The translations under genes were made by a program, and so were the position numbers. The notes under the pieces were generated by a model. It had not been told where the DNA came from and did not search any database. It worked only from the letters and a program-made list of their open reading frames with translations. Shown piece by piece: positions 1 through 13,560 of a stretch of 64,000 nucleotides of DNA (within the stretch, counting starts at the first letter, position 1; each line of letters starts with the position of its first letter). The stretch comes from Dictyostelium discoideum (lineage: Eukaryota), in the NCBI GenBank assembly GCA_000004695.1, contig CM000150.2, positions 1,376,001-1,440,000 of the forward strand, read 5' to 3'.

Positions 1-509
1 ATGATGATGATAATAATAATAATAATAATAATAATGATGATGATGACGATAGTGTCGAATTATTAGAAAGAAATGTTGTAAATAAAGATAATAGTAATAA
101 TATTAATAATATTAATAATAATAATGATGATGAAGATATTATAGTAATAAATAAAAGTATTGAAAATACTCCAAATATAGCATCCCCAGTTATGAATAAA
201 GATAATAATAATAATGATAAAGATAAAAATAGGAATAGTAATAAATCAGATATTAAAAATAGTGGTAGTATTAATAATGGTAATAATAGCGGTAATAATA
301 ATAATAATAATAAATCCAAATTAACAATCACAACTTTCATTGCATTATCAATTCATTCATTCGTTGATGGTGTTGTAATTTCAAGTGCATTTTCTTCATC
401 ACCTCATGTTGGTGCACGTGTTGCATTAGCAATTGTTATTCATAAAATACCTGATGGTCTGGTTTTAAGTTCACTAATTTTATCACAAAAGAAATTTAAT
501 AGTGTAAGT

Positions 510-544
<35 letters not shown>

Positions 545-890
545 CTAATCCATAAATATTAATTAATAATTTTTTTTTTTTTTTTTTTTTTTTATAAATT
601 AAAATTAAAAGGGAATTTTTTCAAATCCATTTTTTTATTTCCTTTTAATTTCATGTATGACACCTTTAGGTTCATTTATAAGTAGTTTTTTATTTGGTGG
701 ATTATCATTATCAAGTGGAGCATTCGTATTGGGATTTGGTGCTGGTACATTTATATATATTACTTCAACTGCAATTCTACCAGAAATATTATCAAATCAA
801 ATAGTAAAGAAAAGTACCTCTTTATTCTCAATATTTTTAGGTTATTTATTATTCATTTTCCTAGATTCACAATTTCATGGTGCTCATTAA
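1..890 (+). CDS. ZIP (Zrt/Irt-like, SLC39) metal-ion transporter, C-terminal part. The gene is truncated at the window start. Proposed exons are about 3..503 and about 612..890, with an intron at about 504..611 (GTAAGT..AG).
   Basis: The reading frame is open from the window edge and encodes Asp/Asn-rich linker sequence, then HSFVDGVVISSAF...ALAIVIHKIPDGLVLSSLIL (the ZIP HxxxEG-type signature). After a GTAAGT donor at 504 and an AG at 610-611 it continues in frame through hydrophobic TM-like sequence (GIFSNPFFYFLLISCMTPLGSFISSFLFGG...). The stop TAA is at 888-890. Confidence 0.6.
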
Positions 891-1051
891 ATTAATTTAT
901 TTAATTAAAATAATTATTAACACAATAAAATTAAATATTTAATTTTTTTTTTTTTTTCATTTTTTACACAAATATATATATTTATAATTTTATTTATTTT
1001 ATTAATTTTATTTTAAAAAAAAAAGATAAAATTTGATTTTAAAAAAAAAAA

Positions 1052-1085
<34 letters not shown>

Positions 1086-1493
1086 AAACCAAAAATGGAA
1101 AAAATTGATGCAATGGGAAATTTAAAATTGTTATTGATTTATTTGAATTTTTTTAATTTTTCATTAACGAAAAAAAATAAAAAATAAAAAAACATTAAAA
1201 AATATGAAAAAAAAAAAAAAAAAATCAAAAAAAAAAAAAAAAACTAAACGACACAACGTTTAATATTGATATTTTTTTATCATATAAAAATAAATAAATA
1301 ATAATAAAAATAAAATATTAAAAGATAAATGTTTTAATTATTTATTTATTTATAAAATTTTTATTTATTTATTTTTTTTATTTAGATCATCCTTTCCTTT
1401 TAGAAAAGAAATAAAAAAAAAAAACCAAAACAAAAATAAAAATAAAAAAAAGAGATAAAAAAAAAATAAAAATAAGAGATAAATAAAAAAAAA

Positions 1494-2332
1494 ATGGTAG
1501 ATTCATGTTGTAATACAAATGATACAATAAATGCAGTATTTCATCATATAAATAAACATAAAAAAGGAGATTTAAAAGAATGTTTATTATCAGCTATTAG
1601 AGGATTTAGAAATGGTGTTTTAACAGGTGTTAGAATTAGAATACCATATATTTTCCAAGCGGTGATTTATGCGGTATTAGCAGGTGGTGAAGAGAAATCA
1701 ATTGGTAGAGTTAAATTTGTAATTAAACAAATGTTTTATCATGGTAAAAATCTTGGTATGTTTGTTGGTATCTATAAGAGTATTTGTTGTATACTTCGTA
1801 ATATTGGTATTAAAGGTGGTATCGATAGTTTAGTAGCAGGTTTCATTGGTGGTTATTATGCATTTGGTGAATCAAAATCCGTTAGTGGTAGTGTAAATAA
1901 TCAAATCGTTTTATACCTTTTCGCTCGTGCTTTAATTGGTATAATACAAGGTATGGTAAAAAGAAAAATTATACCACAATCACTTTCAACTACAACTCCA
2001 AAAGGTTTTAGAATTTTCGCTGCTGTTACTTTGTATGTATATCAATATTTTTCAATATTTTATTTATTTATTTATTAATTTTTATTAATTTTTTTTAAAA
2101 AAAAAAAAAAAGAGCATTAATTTTATATTTAACAGAATATGAACCAGAGAATTTGAATGCATCATTCATGGGTACAATGACTGTATTATATCATAAATCT
2201 GATTCTGGTCCAATGATTGAAAAGGGTGATCATAAATTTGGTATTCCAATGATAATAATTATTTTATCTTTATTTGGTGGAATCTTTCCAAAATTAAGTT
2301 TAGATTCAATGTTTTTTTATTTTAAATTGTAA
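1494..2332 (+). CDS. Peroxisomal membrane protein 4 (PXMP4/Pmp24, Tim17-family fold) homolog. Proposed structure is join(1494..2032,2113..2332).
   Basis: The protein aligns along its whole length with human PXMP4 from memory: the GFRNG motif, FIGGYYAFGE versus FLGGILVFGE, and IVLYLFARALI versus INMYLLSRVLF. The C-terminus is only recovered by splicing the GTATGT donor at 2033 to the AG at 2111-2112, which gives ...AAVTL-ALILYLTEYEPENLNASFMGTMTVLYHKSDSG, matching human ...AVVWGLVLWLFEYHRSTLQPSLQSSMTYLYEDSNVW. The stop is at 2330-2332. Confidence 0.7.
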
Positions 2333-2933
2333 TAAAAAAAAAAAAAAAAAAAAAAAAAATAAAAAAATAAAAAAAATAAAAATAAAAATAAAAAAAAAAA
2401 AGAATTACCACAAGCAAAGTATTTCTTTTTTTTTTTTTTTTAACTTTTTACAAAAATTTGATTCATAGTGGATTTACAAGTTTGTTTTTATTTTTTTTAT
2501 TTTATTTTTATTAAAAAACAAATGGTTGTAAATTTTTGTAAATATATTTAAAAAATTATATCTTTGATTTAATATAACAGTGTAAAAATATTATATCTAA
2601 ATAAAAATAACAAAAAATAAAAATAAAATTAAAAATAAAAATAATAAAAAAATAATAAAAATAATAAAAATAATAAAAATAATAAAAATGATAAAAATAA
2701 AAAAAAATTAAAATACCAAGCAATAATTAGCAAATTTTTTTCAAAGATTTTTTTAAGATTCCATTTTTTTAATATTTTTTTTTTAAAATTTCATTTTTTT
2801 TTTTTTTATTTTTTTGAAATGTTTAAATATTAAAATAAAACACATATATATTTATGGTTAATTTATAGAATATTTAAATAATTAATCACTACTCAATAGT
2901 ATAAAAAAAAAAAAAAAAAAAAACAATAATCAA

Positions 2934-4740
<1,807 letters not shown>

Positions 4741-4971
4741 TAATAATAATTAATAACACAATTTTTATAATTTATTAAGTATTACAATTTTATTTTTATT
4801 TTTATTATATATATATATAAATTTAGTATATTATTATTTTTAATATACTTTTTGAATTATTCGAGATATTATTATTTATTATTATTATTATTTATTATTA
4901 TTATTATTATTATTTATTTATTTATTATTATTTATTTATTTAATTTTTTTTTTATTTTTTTTATTATTTTA

Positions 4972-5131
4972 TTATTTCTTTGATTTTTGATTTGAACTTT
5001 GAATGAATTCATCAGATTCTGGTTCACTGTAATCCTCTAATTTTAAACCATCAGAAAGGATTGCACCACCACCATTATTATTATTATTATTATAAGAATT
5101 TTGATAATCATCATCGTTAATATTATTATCA

Positions 5132-5162
<31 letters not shown>

Positions 5163-7578
5163 CATTATTTTTGTTTAAAAAATTTTGATTATTAAAACGT
5201 GAAGATGATGAAGAAGATGGTTGATCAAAACCACCAACCTCATTATTATTTAAATCATCATAAGATTGATCACTTTGTGGCATATTTAAGTTTACTTGTC
5301 TTGAATCATTATTATTACTATAGTTTATACTTTGTTCCAAGAATGAGACAGCTTCATAATTACTATCGAAAATGAATTGAGGTGTTACAATATCGTAAAG
5401 ACCAGATTGTTTGAAAGATTCCTTAATCTTTTCACTCATTTGAACAAAGGCAACCTTTACATTACGTTTATGATAGGCAGTAACCATCTCTTCAATAGTT
5501 AGTAGAGCAGAAGCATCCATTACAGGAATATTGACAACATTGATAATGATTGATTGAAGTGGAGTAGAACCACTACCGGTTACATTGGTTGATCTATCCA
5601 TCATACGTTCAATCTCTGAGAGTAATTGTTTGAATTGACCAATATTTGCAAAGTAGAGTACTTCATCGATACGAACTAATAAAATACCTTCAATTGGTTC
5701 AGCTTCTGGGAATTTAGCGACATCTTTGAAACGATTGGTCCCTGGAACACGACCTAAAACACTGTAAACATGTGGTGATGAGGAATGTTTCAATACTAAA
5801 AAGATACACATACCAACACTAATTAAAATACCAACTTCAACTTCAAAGATAAAAGTTGCCAATAATGCAATACTAAATTGAATTAAATCACCCCATGATC
5901 TTGTTTTCCAAAGGAACATTGCTTCATGAACTTCAATTAAACCAAAGGCAGCAACAAAGATAATTGAAGCCATAGCACAATAAGGTAAATAATAGAAAAG
6001 ACGAGTTAAAAAGAGACAAGTAATTAAAAGGAGACAACTAGTGATGAAACCAGATAGACAAGTACGAGAACCTGCCATATCTTGAATGGAAGTACGTGGA
6101 ATACTTGAGAAAACTGGATAAGAACCAAAGATTGAACCAAGAATATTTGCAACACCAAAAGCAACCAATTCACGATTGGAATTAATTTGATAATTATGTT
6201 TAGTTGCTAAACCTTTACTAACAGCGGTTGCCTCTACGAAACCAACAATTACAATTAAAAATGCTTGTGGTAATAACTCTTGAATTGTATTTGCTTGGAA
6301 TGATGGGAAACCAACAGTAGGGAAACCACCCTTAACATAACGTAATACACTAACACCTGAACCTTGTTCAACACATTTATTTTCATCATGATCAGATGTG
6401 TTGACACATTCTCTATCCAAACCGAAAACAGCAGTGATAACACAAGTGAGAATAACTGTCAATAAAATCTCTGGAATATATTTTGCATTCTTCCAACCCA
6501 TTTTTTTAACTAAAAATTGTTTAAAGAAACGCATACCAACTAAAAATACAACACAACCTGCTGAAAGTATAACTGTTGTTTTATCAGAATCTTGTAAATT
6601 TGTAATTGCTGTCCAAAACTTTTCATATGGCCCTGGATGATGAGTAGAAGTTTCTGTTAAAACTTCACTCATTGATGATATTGTTGATCCTGATATCGAT
6701 GTTGATGTTGATCCATGAGTTGTATCTGAAGTATGTCCACCACCACCAGTTCTAACACCTAATAATGAATCTAATTGTGAGATTGCAATAATTAAAGCAA
6801 CAGCATTAATGAAACCAGATAAAACCCATCTTGATAAAATACCACCAAGGAAACCAAATTGACAAATACCAAATAAGAAACTAACAATACCAACTAATAA
6901 TGCCAATGTTAATGCAATTGATACTAAATAATCATTTAAAGTCATATCCTCTGGTGGTGTTGTATAACCTCCTAAAATTGATCCCAATAATACTGATAAT
7001 AATGCTTCTGGTCCAACGGCTAATTGTTTACATCCACCCATAAATGAATAGATAACCAATGGTAACCAACCACTATATAAACCATAAATAGCTGGTAATC
7101 CTGCTAATACTGCATATGCTAAACCTTGTGGTACTAACATTGTTGCTACTGTAATTGATGATAATATATCACCAATTAAATCTTCTTTTGAATATGATTT
7201 AATCCACTATTATTATAATTAAATTTTAAAAATATATATATAATTATAAATTATTTATTTATTTATTATTATTATTTTAAAAAAATTAAATTAAAAATTA
7301 ATTAATCTTTGGGATTTTTTTTTTTTTTTTATTTTTTTTTTTTTTTAAAAAAAAAAAATTATACACACATTAAAAATTGGTACATAAAGTGGAATTTTAA
7401 CTTTCATTGCTTTAGCCAATTCTTTTGGATTTGTTAATTCTTCTTTGGTAAATAACATATGTTCATGATCTTCTTCTTCGTGATGACCAAAAAAGTGAGT
7501 TTTTTCTGCATTATTACCATCGTCTTTATTTGATGAATGTCTTATCCATTCTCTTGTATTTTTTAAATGGTCTCCCAT
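4972..7578 (-). CDS. SulP/SLC26-family sulfate (anion) transporter with a C-terminal STAS domain. Proposed structure is complement(join(4972..7206,7384..7578)).
   Basis: The long ORF has the classic SulP N-terminal TM signature (DLIGDILSSITVATMLVPQGLAYAVLAGLPAIYGLYS), many TM helices and a STAS-like C-terminus with Asn/Ser-rich tail. The frame stays open upstream of the track's first Met back to an acceptor AATAG|TGG at 7206. A short 5' exon (7578..7384, MGDHLKN...KVKIPLY) ends at a GTACCA donor (phase 0), giving PLY-WIKSYSKEDLIGD, which mirrors the PILSWLPKYS segment of SLC26 proteins. Confidence 0.75.
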
Positions 7579-7774
7579 TTGTTAATTATTAATAAATAAA
7601 TAAATAAATAATATTTGAGTGTATTTTTTTTTATTTTTGTTTTGTTTTGTTTTTTATAAATATATTTTTTTTTTTTTTTTTTTTTTTTTATACACACCAC
7701 AAAAAAAAAAAAATTATCAATATGAAAAATTCACTGGTGGGTGGGGAAAAACAAAAAAATAAAAAAATTTAAAA

Positions 7775-7813
<39 letters not shown>

Positions 7814-8104
7814 GAAAAAAAAAAAAAAAAAAAAATTGAAAAATAAAAAAAAAAAAAAAAATAAAAATAAAAAAAAAAAAAGTCGATTTCTTTGGTTTTT
7901 CAGACTATTTTTAGCGGAAATAAAAAAAAAATAAATAAAAAAAAAAATAAAATTTAAAAAAAAAAGGTTGATCAAAAAAAAAATTAAATAAAAAAAAATT
8001 GGCCTATGTAAAACTATTTTTATATTTTTTATATTTGGTTTTTTTTTTAAACTTTTTATTTTTTGTTATTATATTATTTTTTTTTTTATTTTTATTTATA
8101 CCAT

Positions 8105-8262
8105 ATATAAAAATTAAATAAAAAATTTTCTCATAGGAAATAAGTCGTGATATAAAAAAAAAATATAAAAGTATATTTTATTTTTATATATATCGTATAT
8201 ATAAAAATTAAAATAAAAAATTTTCTCATAAGAACAAAGTCATGACATAAAAAAATTTAAAT
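8105..8262. repeat. Two direct copies of about 52 bp (AAAATTAAA(T)AAAAAATTTTCTCATA[GG/AG]AA..AAGTC[GT/AT]GA[T/C]ATAAAAAAA), spaced about 95 bp apart, in the divergent SulP/aquaporin intergenic region.
   Basis: Direct comparison of 8109-8160 with 8204-8255. Both copies are followed by TA-rich sequence and (T)n. Confidence 0.6.
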
Positions 8263-8551
8263 AAGTATATTTTTTTTTTTTTTTTTTCTTAGTTTTGTAT
8301 AATATAAATGGAATTTTTAAAATTGAATTTTGATTTTAAACAATCCAAAATTCAATTATTTGCTCAAACATTCAAAAAATGATTAAAAATTGGGTTATAA
8401 TAAATAAAATAATTAAAAACAATGAATATTATCTTTTTTTTAATTATTATTTTTTCTATTTAATTACCACTTAATTATTTATTATTTTTTACATTTATTT
8501 TTATTTTTAATTTTTTTTTTTATTTTAATGTGTTTTAAAAAATGATTTTTT

Positions 8552-8636
8552 ATCGAAAAATTTGAAGATATTTTAACCACACCATAATGACCCCTTTGGG
8601 GTTAAAATATCTTTTTTCAAAATATGGTATCGAAAA
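8552..8636. repeat. Large near-perfect palindrome (inverted repeat). The core arms are AGATATTTTAACC / GGTTAAAATATCT (13 bp, perfect) around a 22-bp spacer, with imperfect extension to about 30-bp arms (TATCGAAAAATTTGAAG.. / ..TTCAAAATATGGTATCGAAAA).
   Basis: Seen directly at 8565-8577 versus 8600-8612, about 400 bp upstream of the aquaporin ATG. Confidence 0.6.
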
Positions 8637-8792
8637 TTAGTTGCCTGTTTTATTATTTTTTTACAACAAAATAATTAATTTGTTTGAAATGGAGTGTTAG
8701 ATATATTAAAAATAAAAAATAAAAAAATTATATACCACCTATTTCAATTACAATTTAACTAATTTTCTCAATTAAATTTAATATAATATTGG

Positions 8793-8846
<54 letters not shown>

Positions 8847-9035
8847 ATTATTACAACAATTTTAGTTTCTTTACTTTTAAAAAAACAATAACAAAATAAA
8901 ATAAATTATAATTAAAAGTTTAATAATTTTTTAAATCTCTACACCATAGAAATAAATTTAATTTTAAAGAAAAAAAAAAAAAAAAACCAATAAAATAAAA
9001 TAATTAATTAAAAATAAAAAATAAAAAATAAAAAA

Positions 9036-9713
9036 ATGGTAAAAGTAGTACCACTTAGATTTATAACCTATGATCCTTTAAAGGATCCAAGTAAAATGAT
9101 TTATAGACGACCAATTTCAAAACCAGTAAAAGCATTTAAAGGTTTCTTTTCAGAATTTTTAGGAACATTATATTTGGTTTATTTCTGTGGTGGGTCAGTA
9201 TGTGCAGCTTTTGCAGTTGCAGGTGATAGTGCAGCTCGTGCATTATTAGGAGGACTAATTCAAGGTATGGCATTGGCTGCATTAATTTGGGCAGTATCTG
9301 GTGTTTCAGGTTGTAATTTAAATCCAGCTGTAACTTTAGCAAATTTATTATCTGGTAGAGTCGGTTTAATTGATAGTCTATATTATGTTGCAGCCCAAAT
9401 TCTTGGTTGTATTGCCGGTGCTGGTATCTTATATGGTTGCCTTCCAAATATGTATAGAATTGACTTGGGTGTTCCACATTTAGCACCTGGTATGAATACT
9501 GGTCAAGCTTTCCTCATGGAGATGATGTTAACTAGTATTCTATGTCTTTGTGTATTAGGTACCTCTGTTTTCAATGTTTGGGATCGTCGTCTTAATCGTA
9601 TTGCACCATTTGCAATTGGTTTAGCTTTATTTATTGGAGTAGCAATAGGTTTTAATTTCTCTGGAGGTGCTTTAAATCCAGTTAGAGTTTTAGGCCCATC
9701 AATCATAAGGTAA

Positions 9714-9764
<51 letters not shown>

Positions 9765-9981
9765 ATCTTACTATTACTAATAACATTAATTAATCATTAT
9801 CCTTTCCTTTCCTAGTGGAGTATGGTCTCATCATTGGGTTTATTGGCTCGGTCCTATAGTTGGGGCCATCTTGGCTGCTTTCATCTATCGTTGCTTATTA
9901 CAAGAACGTTTTGATGTTATAGAAAGACCTGGATATATTGCACCATTAATTGACCCATCAACTGCAGTTTCTTCTTATTAA
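9036..9981 (+). CDS. Aquaporin / major intrinsic protein (MIP family). Proposed structure is join(9036..9709,9816..9981).
   Basis: Both NPA boxes are present (GCNLNPAVT and GGALNPVRVLGPSII), along with six hydrophobic segments. A GTAATT donor at 9710 and a CCTAG acceptor at 9811-9815 join to a second exon encoding the canonical MIP C-terminus (S)GVWSHHWVYWLGPIVGAILAAFIYR..., with the stop at 9979-9981. Confidence 0.85.
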
Positions 9982-10097
9982 AATAATAATGAAATAACAC
10001 TATATGACCTTAATCATTATTTAAATAAAAACATAATTAAACTATATAAATTAGAACCTATTGACCAAAATTAAGCTTAATGGATTCATGTTTTGAG

Positions 10098-10139
<42 letters not shown>

Positions 10140-10330
10140 AAATCGTACTATTACTAATAACATTAATTAATCATTATCCTTTCCTTTCCCAGTGGAGTAT
10201 GGTCTCATCATTGGGTTTTTTGGCTTTTTAAATTTTCCACAAGATATTCAAACTCTATTCTTCAAATTATTATTTCCAGGAGTGACAAAGTGGTGTTTTG
10301 GAAACTGAAAATAGAGATGGTTTATATTCA
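10098..10330 (+). pseudogene. Degenerate tandem duplicate of the aquaporin last-intron/exon-2 junction: poly(A) tract + 3' intron + first 27 nt of exon 2, then diverged sequence.
   Basis: 10136-10218 matches 9757-9843 with about 3 mismatches in 85 bp, including the polypyrimidine tract and acceptor (CCTAG->CCCAG) and GVWSHHWV. After the match the sequence diverges (..FWLFKFSTRYSNSILQ..) and terminates. It lies 380 bp downstream of the intact copy. Confidence 0.5.
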
Positions 10331-10579
10331 CAAGGGTTAATTTTGTTTGTTCTTTGTAATCAAATCTAATAATGAGCCTTATTCATCTTTGTTACCTCAA
10401 TTCACAAAGAGTTTACTATTTTTATTTTGGGACTTACCTAAAACTCAATTATATCCAATTTGAAAAAATTTTCTCAACTTATTATAATATTTTATTGTCT
10501 AGTTTCCTTTTTCCTTGTTATTACAATTTTTTGACATGGTCTATTAAATTTTATTATATTTAATTTTTTATTCAGTTTT

Positions 10580-10623
<44 letters not shown>

Positions 10624-11716
10624 CAATTTATTTATATGTTTTTATTTTTTATTTGAATTGGTCACAAGGAATAATTTATTTTTAATAAAAAAGAAGATTC
10701 AGTAGCTCACTTTACTAACAAGAATAATAAAGTTAGCTACAAAAAAAAAAAAATTTAATTATTATTGTGGTAATAATACAACACATGTAAATTTAATTCA
10801 TCCTACAACAGATAAAATGTTGTTAGGAATTTACTTTAACTATCAGCTTTGATAAAATAAAATTTTCAAAGCATTTAATCACTGTCGAAATTTTTGTATT
10901 TGAATCTATCTATATTTGGAAAAGAAGGATGGCATTGTAATGTTTTTTCTTTGATTATTTTTGATTTCCATGGCAATTTTATTGGTATCAATAAGAGATA
11001 AATCTTTTGAAAATCCAAATTGGAGCTCCTTTTCATAATTATTTGATTCATCTGTGTAATATACCAAAGAGTTTATCATTTTGCCAAAGTAAACTGTTAA
11101 AATCTAATGGAAGGACAAGCCTAAATTTTATTTTATGGTACTTGGGCGATTGGTTTGTTTTAATACCTCCCTTTCTGGTACTGACTTGATTTATTCTCCA
11201 CTCTCTGAAAAAAAAAGAAAAATCATTTTTAGTGTTTTCAAATACATAATAAAATTGTATCTCAAATTACATTATTCAATTTTTTTAAATGAGCTTTAAT
11301 ATGTTTTGATAAAAATAAAAATAAAAATTAGTTTTTTTTTTTTTTATTTTTTTTATTTTATTACAAACATTCGAATGTGTTTTTTTATTTTTAATTTGAA
11401 TTGATATTTTCTTTTATTTTTTTTTTTTTTTAATATCACATTTTAATTTTGTTTCATTGAATTCATTTGATATTTTTACACAGTGGTTAAAAATTTTTTG
11501 TTTCCAAAGTATAGTGGCTGGTGTACTTGAGATGGTAATACAAAAGTTTAAACACACACATTGTGACCAATTAAATGCAAATATCAAGTATTACAATTTC
11601 AATTGGTACTTCAATTTGTAATGAAATTTCTCAAGTAATAAATCTCAAATCATATGTACAATAGGTGCAGGAAAAAGTAATTAAATTATCAGATGGAAAT
11701 GGTGCAACATTATTAA

Positions 11717-11953
11717 ATGATGAAATTTTTTATAGTTCCTAGTTCAGCCGAACATGTTCACCATTTAGTAAATTTGATGATCACCACATTTGGTAATTGT
11801 ATTTGTAATTATGTTGCAATTGGTACAGATTGTAAAACTTTAAATTTACAATTAGATTCAGTAACACCAACATTTGTAACTGGTGGTCAAGTTCATTTAA
11901 ATGGTAATTTCTCAAATGATAAAGATCTTTGTCCATCACACATTGTGCGATGA
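11717..11953 (+). CDS. Hypothetical small Cys-containing protein (78 aa). It is very uncertain and may be part of a degenerate element.
   Basis: ATG ORF in a moderately AT region (11450-12000) that is unusually complex for intergenic DNA. There is no recognisable family. Confidence 0.15.
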   Translation: MMKFFIVPSSAEHVHHLVNLMITTFGNCICNYVAIGTDCKTLNLQLDSVTPTFVTGGQVHLNGNFSNDKDLCPSHIVR

Positions 11954-12534
11954 ATCATCGTCTCCAGTTGACCTGATTCATCCCGCAAGGACCCCAAGAC
12001 AATGTCAAAAAATAAAAAGGTTAATATTATATATTCTTCTCAAAACATACAACCAAAATAAAATTTGACCCTTTTTGCTTTTTATTACAATACTAATAAT
12101 TTTTTTTTTTCAAAGTGTAATTTCTTTGTTGACTCTTTTTATAACTAAACTATTTCAATTGAGATTCGGTCCCAAAAAGATTTTTTAAAAATAAATTATA
12201 TTTAAAAATAAAAAAGGGTTTTTTTTTGAATTTGGAAAAAATAATTATTTAATCTGTATCAATTTTTGTAATTAAAATTAAAAAAAAAAAAAATAAAAAA
12301 AAAAAGAAGAAATCAGGATAAAATTTAATAAAAATTTAAAATTTATTAAGTTTTGATCAAGAGATAATTATAAAAAATACAATAAAATTTTAGATTTATA
12401 TATTTAGTTAGAATAAAAAAATATAAATAAAAATAGTAAAAAAATGACTTTCCTATAGGGGATTTTTTTTATTTTTTTTTTTTATTTTTATTTTTATTTT
12501 TATTTTTTTATATTTTTTTTTTCCCTTTTTTTTA

Positions 12535-12682
12535 CATTACCAAAATTGTATAAAACTTTTTTTATTACCAAAATTGTATAATTTTTTTTTCAAATTACCA
12601 AAATTGTATAAAAACTTTTTTTATTATCAAAATTGTATAAAAACTTTTTTTATTACCAAAATTGTATAAAAACTTTTTATTA
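12535..12682. repeat. Tandem repeat of about 29 bp, 5 copies (TTATTACCAAAATTGTATAAAAACTTTTT).
   Basis: Copies at about 12538, 12567, 12596, 12627 and 12654 with minor variants (ATCAAAATT in copy 4). Confidence 0.7.
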
Positions 12683-12829
12683 TTAAAAATCTTAAAACAT
12701 TTTTTTTTTTTTTCTTTTTTTTATTTTTATTTAATATCACACTATAAAATTTAATTTATTTCACACACAATAAAAACTACAATAAATAAAATTTATTCCA
12801 ATCCAACAATAAATTAATAATTTTAAAAA

Positions 12830-13249
12830 ATGATTATTGAATGTAAACCAGTTGTTAAATCAAACAGAAATTTATATATTTTTTTCTTTATTATTTTTTT
12901 AATTTCATTTTTTATTACAATACATATTTTTCAACCACATATATTAAAAATTATTTTCACCCCAATTCATTATATATTATATGGTGCTTATGTAATAATA
13001 TATCTTTTAGTTTGTATACCAATAGTATTCACATGGTTATATATTTTAGTTTGTATAGAGGATGTAATTAAAATCTTTAAAGATATATCAATAAATACTT
13101 TTCATTTTATAAAATCAATCCCAAATAAAATTAAAGTAAATATAGAAATAAAACAAAGGGAAAATATATACTATGATACTGATGATTACTATCATTGGTA
13201 TCAAGGTACACATTCGGTGGTAATATTACCCAAAACATTCAAGTGTTAG
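12830..13249 (+). CDS. Hypothetical small hydrophobic (multi-TM-like) protein of 139 aa.
   Basis: ATG ORF with three hydrophobic stretches. It lies immediately upstream of the GC-rich 16-mer and the tandem repeat. No family is recognised. Confidence 0.15.
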   Translation: MIIECKPVVKSNRNLYIFFFIIFLISFFITIHIFQPHILKIIFTPIHYILYGAYVIIYLLVCIPIVFTWLYILVCIEDVIKIFKDISINTFHFIKSIPNKIKVNIEIKQRENIYYDTDDYYHWYQGTHSVVILPKTFKC

Positions 13250-13299
13250 TAGTATTAGTATCAGCGGCCGTAGCCGGTGAAATGAAATATAATTTGGTT

Positions 13300-13560
13300 T
13301 TTCAAAGTTATCAACACTGATTCTATATATTCTCAAAAATGCAAGACTTACAAAGTTATCAACACTATTTGTCATTAACACTGCATCCAGTTTGTTGCAA
13401 AATTCAATTTACCATAGACATACAAAGTTATCAACACTATTTGTCATTAATACTCAGTTTGTTTCAAATTTCAATTTACAAAAGACATAAAAAGTTATCA
13501 ACACTATTTGTCATTAAAATTGTACTCAGTTTGTTTCAAATTTCAATTTAAGATTTGAAT
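13300..13560. repeat. Tandem repeat of about 70-75 bp, about 3.5 copies (..AAAGTTATCAACACTATTTGTCATTAA.ACT..CAGTTTGTTTCAAATTTCAATTTACA..GACATA).
   Basis: The AAAGTTATCAACACT motif recurs at about 13304, 13352, 13425 and 13492. The array is preceded by a GC-rich 16-mer GCGGCCGTAGCCGGTG (13264-13279) and followed by an imperfect inverted pair GTACCCTCCAAGTTCAAC (13581-13598) / TTTTGGAGGGTTA (13810-13822). Confidence 0.65.

Noticed and set aside
6255-6640. Short antisense or overlapping ORFs inside confident genes: 6255..6443, 6398..6640, 9136..9486, 9503..9706, 24387..24587, 42591..42773, 43031..43282, 44903..45109, 45640..45849, 45737..45949, 48797..49226, 52406..52654, 53146..53708, 53992..54389, 58389..58574, 60255..60794, 61473..61754 and 62963..63239.
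   Set aside because: They are fully embedded in well-supported family-assigned genes on the other strand or frame, have no independent signals, and are typical random ORFs in low-GC sequence.
7345-7578. ORF 7345..7578 (MGDHLKNTREW...) as an independent small gene.
   Set aside because: It ends in VKIPLY followed by a GT donor in phase with the open frame upstream of the SulP ORF (WIKSYSKEDLIGD..). It is best explained as the 5' exon of the sulfate transporter.
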